Positions 23,175 through 27,882 of a stretch of DNA of 27,882 nucleotides are shown one piece after another. Numbering within the stretch: position 1 is the stretch's first letter; each line of letters begins with the position of its first letter. This DNA comes from a virus. Its lineage: Duplodnaviria > Caudoviricetes. Under the pieces are notes generated by a model. It was not told where the DNA came from. It was given only the letters and a program-made list of their open reading frames with translations, and did no database searches. The stretch lies in IMG/VR virus record IMGVR_UViG_3300042868_005222, positions 1-27,882 of that record. One strand, 5' to 3'. The position numbers and the translations under genes were made by a program.

Positions 23175-23830
23175 CAGTAAGCCGTGACCTCTGTCCAGCA
23201 AACCGTGACGCCGAACTGCCAAGTGCCAGTCGCTGGGACGGTAGCGCGCACTACAAATCCCTCGTTCTGCGCGAGGATCAGCGGCGACTCGCCACCAGGG
23301 TCAGCATGGAATAGATCGAACTGCGGGATCCATTGCGTGCTGGCCGCAGTGCCAAACGCAGCCGAGTATTGACCGTGCGCGTGCGCGTCTAGCGTCTTCG
23401 TGCCTGCGGTCAGTGCAGCGGTCGAGCTGATGCGCGCAGCACCGAGCAAGGTGGAGCCCATGCTGGTGCGCTGCTTCTGGTTATTGCCGCTCAACGTCGC
23501 AGCAGAGCCGCCAGAACCGTCAGCGGTCCAAGAACGCGCAACGAGTAGATCGACCTTGCCGATGCCAGCCGCGAACGCTGTCGCGTTGCCCGAAAGTCCG
23601 TCCCACAGCACCGACGTCACGATGCACAGCCTCGTCGCGTCCGACCAGCGGAACTGGAACACCTCGCTGTTAGCTGCAAGACCTGCGGCCATGGTGCCCG
23701 AAAGCAGCGAGAGTCGGTAAGCGCCGAGCGCGCCTGCGTCGATCGGGCGCAGCGTTGCGCGCATCGCCCGGTAGTTGGTGCCATCGACCTCGGCAACGGT
23801 GCCGCCATTCCCTTGTAGTTGGATTGCCAT
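23174..23830 (-). CDS. Putative virion structural (tail-associated) protein
   Basis: 218 aa, Ala/Gly/Thr/Ser-rich beta protein with PLILAQNEGFVVR near the C-terminus. Follows the fibre gene. Confidence 0.65.
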   Translation of the reverse strand: MAIQLQGNGGTVAEVDGTNYRAMRATLRPIDAGALGAYRLSLLSGTMAAGLAANSEVFQFRWSDATRLCIVTSVLWDGLSGNATAFAAGIGKVDLLVARSWTADGSGGSAATLSGNNQKQRTSMGSTLLGAARISSTAALTAGTKTLDAHAHGQYSAAFGTAASTQWIPQFDLFHADPGGESPLILAQNEGFVVRATVPATGTWQFGVTVCWTEVTAY

Positions 23831-23836
23831 GTCTTG

Positions 23837-25012
23837 TTAGCTCCACCGCCAAGCGACGGTCCACTTGCCATAGATGCGCGTGCCTTTTCCGCCAACGCTT
23901 GGCCCGCTGGTTCCGTAAATGCTCGCTGCCGTTTGTCGAAACGTCGCAGGCGCTGCGATTTGCAGCGGCTCGTTCAGTTGCGACGTGTTCTGTGCGTAGA
24001 TGGTGAAGCCCGCGCCGGTGCTTAACGCGCCGACTGCCACCGAGATCGTCTCCACGCGGTGCTCGTCTGCCGTGTGGTCATCTGTATCGACGCCGAGCAG
24101 CCACGCCTGCGCCACGTTCGACGCTGCGTCGAAGCCAGTCTGGCCCGTGATATCCACCGATGCGTCCGAGCTGCCAGGGAACGCGCCGAAGTCGACGGTG
24201 GTCTGGCCGCTCGCGCCTGGGATGCTGGCCCAGGTCTGGTCACCGCGCAGATAGGTCGACGAACTAGCCGTGCCACTGCTTGCAAGACGGCTCGTCGGGA
24301 TCAGGTTCTGCACGTCGTTTGTGCGGCCCGGTCCCATCACAAGGATCTCGCCGGTAGTTGCATGCACGCGAACGACGCGCCCGATGTTCTGCACCAGATC
24401 GGTCGTGCCAGTCGGCCTCGTCGGCGTCAGGCCGCCACCGGCTGCGACATAAACGACGCCGTTCATCGAATACGCAGACGTGTTGAGACCGCGCACCATG
24501 CCCAGCGGGACCGCAAAGCCACTAGCGTTGTTTGCCAGCGTCGCCTCCAGCACTCCGATGCACGGCATTGTGGCACTGTTGCTTGCGTCCGCAGCCGCGA
24601 CTTCAGTCGCGCCAGATGCCCCAACGCTCCCGGTCGCATAAACAGGCGTGCCGATTGTCAGCGATCCGCCGCTCGTATTCTTCACGGGAAATCTGCATGC
24701 CTCGATGTGGGCATACGTCTGATCGCCGCGCAGGAACGTGCTGTTGTCGGCGGTTCCAGTGCCCAAGCGAGCGGTCGCAACTGGCGAATCGAGCGTCCAG
24801 ACGGTGCCACTGCTCGACACCGTGATGTCGCCCTTGTCGCCGTCCGTGACACCACCGCTGACGGCCGAGATCAGACAGCGCTTGACCAGGCCGTCGGTCG
24901 CGTCGAGGAACTCGACGTAGTCAGCAGCTGCAACAGGCGCAGTGACCGTGCGGCGCGCGAAGTCGCCGGAAAACACCACGTTCTCGCTGTAGTCCTGGTT
25001 GATGACTGGCAT
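23837..25012 (-). CDS. Tail fibre-like protein
   Basis: GDKGDITVSSSG and two RLxxGTAxxSTxLRGDQT fibre repeats flanking a beta domain. TGATG-coupled to the tail-tip gene. Confidence 0.75.
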   Translation of the reverse strand: MPVINQDYSENVVFSGDFARRTVTAPVAAADYVEFLDATDGLVKRCLISAVSGGVTDGDKGDITVSSSGTVWTLDSPVATARLGTGTADNSTFLRGDQTYAHIEACRFPVKNTSGGSLTIGTPVYATGSVGASGATEVAAADASNSATMPCIGVLEATLANNASGFAVPLGMVRGLNTSAYSMNGVVYVAAGGGLTPTRPTGTTDLVQNIGRVVRVHATTGEILVMGPGRTNDVQNLIPTSRLASSGTASSSTYLRGDQTWASIPGASGQTTVDFGAFPGSSDASVDITGQTGFDAASNVAQAWLLGVDTDDHTADEHRVETISVAVGALSTGAGFTIYAQNTSQLNEPLQIAAPATFRQTAASIYGTSGPSVGGKGTRIYGKWTVAWRWS

Positions 25013-27882
25013 CAGACGTCCTCAATCCATGTGCGACCGTCGCCGAAGTCGCCGAGCTGGAAGCGTTCGACCTTGAACGTCTCCGTTGGCCCCGGAGTAT
25101 ACCCGTCCGCCGTCTGCTCGGCTGCCGTGTAGACGAACTCGCGCGCGCCACGGATCATCGAGCTGCCCGTGTTCTGTGCACTGATCGTCTTGGTGCGCAG
25201 CAGCGTGACGCCAGTCGGGTCGTAGAAGTTGACCTTGTAGCCTTCGTAACTCTCGTCGAGTTGGTAAGGAGCACCACTTCCTGGCACAGACTGAAGGCGC
25301 GTCCAGTGATCAAACGTGAACGTGCGGTCGTTCGTGCTCAGGTTCAGGTCAGTATCAAACATGCGGCCCGGCATCGGGCGTGCGTTCCAGCAGTCGAGCG
25401 TGACCGTCTCTGCCGTCACATCGTCGATCGACTGACCAGCGGCCACGACCTTGATGTCGATCGTGGTGGGCAAACTTCCCGCGCTCAGGTTGGTCGGGAC
25501 GAACTGCACAGCGCCGAGCTGCCGCGCTTGGTAGAGGAACGTCACCTTGCTGCCTGCGGCCTTGGTGGTCGCTGCGCTGTCGTAGGTTCCTCGCAAGCCG
25601 CGCAGCAGGTGGTCGAACGTGAACGTGCCGTCGCCGTTGTCGACAACGTCGCGCGCGCCGAGGATCTCGAAGTTGGCACCGTTCTCGACCAGCATCCAGT
25701 TCCAGCCCGCCTCGACAAATGCGGTCGTGACCGTGACCAGCGGGACCACGTTGTCGCGGTCGATGGCGACCGTGAAGCTGTTCGTGGTGTCGTAGGTCAC
25801 GCTGCCGATGCCGTCGCCGGGCGTGCCCGATGCGAGCGAGCTGGTCAGCGTGCCCATGCCGCATTGCGTGTTGAGCGTTGCCACCTGCGTGTAGTTCGTG
25901 CCGCCGTCGCGTGATTCGTAGACCACCGCACCGCCCCAGCGCGCTCCGCCAGCCGAGCACGCGCCGATGTAGTAGCCCGGCACGAAGGCGTCCTCGTCCA
26001 CCAGCGGCGGGATGTCGAGCACGCGGAACGTCGGCGTGACCGGCGTGGGCGTCGAGATGACGATGTCGGGCGAAGGCTGCACCGGCGATCCGCGCACGCC
26101 GAGCGTCACGTCCTCGACCACCGCCGTCACGTTGACCACGAAGTTGTTGCCGACCTCGCGGCGGATGATGCGGGCGGTGTAGTCCTGGCCCTCGTCATCG
26201 GTCAGCGTCACCAGGTCGTTCTCCAACGCCTCCAGGTAGGCAACGGGCAACTGGAAGTCGAGCGAGGTCGCGTTGACCCACGACCGACGCAGTAGCGTGG
26301 CAGCGAGGTTCCGCGCCTTCTTGCGGCTCAACACCACGTTGTCGAGCTGGATGTTCTGCTCGTTCGCCGAAGCAAGCGGCGAAGGCTGGCGCTGCTTGAA
26401 GTGCTGGAAGCCCTGCGCGTATTGCTGGTCGGGGTCCTGGTGCGAGACGCCGATGCTGGTCGGCAGGTCTTGCGTATCGCGCTGCGTGATCTTGATCTTG
26501 TCGCCTGCGTTTGGCGTGTCGGCACCGCTGGCAACGCCGAGGTCTGAGAAGCTTGCGCCGTTCTCGATCTGGATGCTGTCGGCGTTCTCGACGTTGAAGA
26601 ACGCCAGCGTGTTGTTGCGCTCTTGGGCGAGCAGGCCATAGGCCAGCATCACCGGTTGCAGCGCCGTCACGGTCGGGATGGCGCCTTGCGTCCAGTAGCC
26701 CTCGAATGGTTCCTGGTCCACGTCCGCAACGTCGATGAGCAGGTCTTGCAGCTCGGCGCGCTCGCAGAGTTCGACCACGGCCTGCGGGACGATCATCACC
26801 GAGTCAGGCTCGATGATGCCCTCGATGATCGGCGGCACCTGGTTGCCGAAGTAGGTCGACAGGTCCCACTGGTCGAGCATCTGGTAGGCCATGCCACGGA
26901 AGCCGGGGATCTGCCCTGCGGTCTTCGTGCGCGCGATGATTGAGTCTTCGAGCTGGCCGTCGGTGCCTTGGTAGTAGCTGTCGACTGGATCGGCCGCGAA
27001 CATGCGGCCCTCATAGCTTTGAATGACAGATGGAGTCAGGACCAGCGTGTTGTTTGCGCATCGGATGCGCAGTTGTTGGTTTGATCCCGTCGGGTTTGTG
27101 TTGATGTATGGGCCAGGAAAAACAACAAAGTCTGGCCCAACACCAGGCGAAGAAGAGAACAACGCTTCCCAGATGCTGCCATCGGCGACGTTGGTGAACA
27201 CGCCAGAGATCTTCTTCTGCGCGTTGTAAGCCTTGATCTCCATGATCTGGTCGACGCCCATGAAGCGCGCCCACCGTTTCTTGATCATGTCCTGCCACTC
27301 AAATGTCTGGTTGGTCGTGATGACTTGGTTGATGCCTGGCTGACCTGTGCCACCAGGGCCCCAGACTTCGTTGGCTGAAATCAGAAAGAAGTAGTCCTCT
27401 CTGACAATCGAAGCAGGGTTGAGCGCAGTGCCAGCGGTGACGCTGACCAGCGAGCCCATGTCTTGCCCAATCAGCGCTTCAAGCGTGACCGATGAAGGAG
27501 TCGATGCGTGCCGTGTCAGCTCGTTTACTCGCCACCAACTGCGCTGAGTCCATAGCCCTCGGCCTTGAATGCTGCCTGCCGCGTTGTCGCTGAAGCCGCG
27601 CAGATCGACAATGTCGCCGATCACTAGCTGGTCCGTGAAGTCGGGCTCGTAGGTGCTGTTCATCGTCAGCTTCAGCACCTTCTTGACCACTTGATACGTG
27701 ACTGTCGCGCCTGGCGTTCCACCGAAGGCCCAATCCACCGTGAACGCGCTCGCGGTGTTGCTGATGATCGGGCGCATCTCACCCGACAGCGGGCCGCTTG
27801 TGATCTTCAGCCAGTTGTAGTTGCGCGCGTAATCGTCAACCGTCATCGAGCCGGTGGTGCTGTTGACCACCGTCGTGGTGCT
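25012..27882 (-). CDS. Tail tip/host-specificity protein (GTA megatron/Phage-tail_3-like), 5'-truncated
   Basis: Frame stays open to the window end. IPGFRGMAY, LPTSIGVSHQDPDQQY, WGGAVVYESRDGG, FEILGAR and LLRGLRGT motifs. Confidence 0.85.
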   Translation of the reverse strand, partial: STTTVVNSTTGSMTVDDYARNYNWLKITSGPLSGEMRPIISNTASAFTVDWAFGGTPGATVTYQVVKKVLKLTMNSTYEPDFTDQLVIGDIVDLRGFSDNAAGSIQGRGLWTQRSWWRVNELTRHASTPSSVTLEALIGQDMGSLVSVTAGTALNPASIVREDYFFLISANEVWGPGGTGQPGINQVITTNQTFEWQDMIKKRWARFMGVDQIMEIKAYNAQKKISGVFTNVADGSIWEALFSSSPGVGPDFVVFPGPYINTNPTGSNQQLRIRCANNTLVLTPSVIQSYEGRMFAADPVDSYYQGTDGQLEDSIIARTKTAGQIPGFRGMAYQMLDQWDLSTYFGNQVPPIIEGIIEPDSVMIVPQAVVELCERAELQDLLIDVADVDQEPFEGYWTQGAIPTVTALQPVMLAYGLLAQERNNTLAFFNVENADSIQIENGASFSDLGVASGADTPNAGDKIKITQRDTQDLPTSIGVSHQDPDQQYAQGFQHFKQRQPSPLASANEQNIQLDNVVLSRKKARNLAATLLRRSWVNATSLDFQLPVAYLEALENDLVTLTDDEGQDYTARIIRREVGNNFVVNVTAVVEDVTLGVRGSPVQPSPDIVISTPTPVTPTFRVLDIPPLVDEDAFVPGYYIGACSAGGARWGGAVVYESRDGGTNYTQVATLNTQCGMGTLTSSLASGTPGDGIGSVTYDTTNSFTVAIDRDNVVPLVTVTTAFVEAGWNWMLVENGANFEILGARDVVDNGDGTFTFDHLLRGLRGTYDSAATTKAAGSKVTFLYQARQLGAVQFVPTNLSAGSLPTTIDIKVVAAGQSIDDVTAETVTLDCWNARPMPGRMFDTDLNLSTNDRTFTFDHWTRLQSVPGSGAPYQLDESYEGYKVNFYDPTGVTLLRTKTISAQNTGSSMIRGAREFVYTAAEQTADGYTPGPTETFKVERFQLGDFGDGRTWIEDV

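Noticed and set aside
1-27882. Alternative genetic code
   Set aside because: TGA, TAG and TAA all terminate genes at sensible, tightly coupled junctions.

Overview
This window is a GC-rich tailed-phage (Caudoviricetes) genome segment. All recognisable genes lie on the minus strand except one XRE-family HTH regulator. In transcription order (right to left) it holds: the end of the tail module (5'-truncated GTA-type tail-tip protein, fibre-like genes); a membrane/lysis cassette (holin candidate and two overlapping lipoproteins); an HTH-metallophosphoesterase; a promoter-flanked, highly structured non-coding region (~20.5-20.9 kb); a replication module (Sak4-like ATPase, DUF669 SSB, SF2 helicase, Prim-Pol/PriCT-2 primase); an iteron- and AT-rich putative origin; the divergent HTH switch; a run of small translationally coupled genes; a 629-aa putative alpha/alpha-barrel enzyme; TerS, TerL, portal, two small Cys-rich genes and a gp7-like head protein; a signal-peptide i-type lysozyme; scaffold, major capsid and cement proteins; and a 3'-truncated SGNH/SASA-like esterase gene that the ORF track missed. 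The best novelty candidates are the putative ncRNA with an operator-bearing promoter, a helical u-spanin-like lipoprotein carrying an EF-hand loop, and the head-adjacent split esterase. I recognised no integrase, tRNA, CRISPR array or reverse transcriptase. All family calls come from reading motifs by eye, not from database searches.
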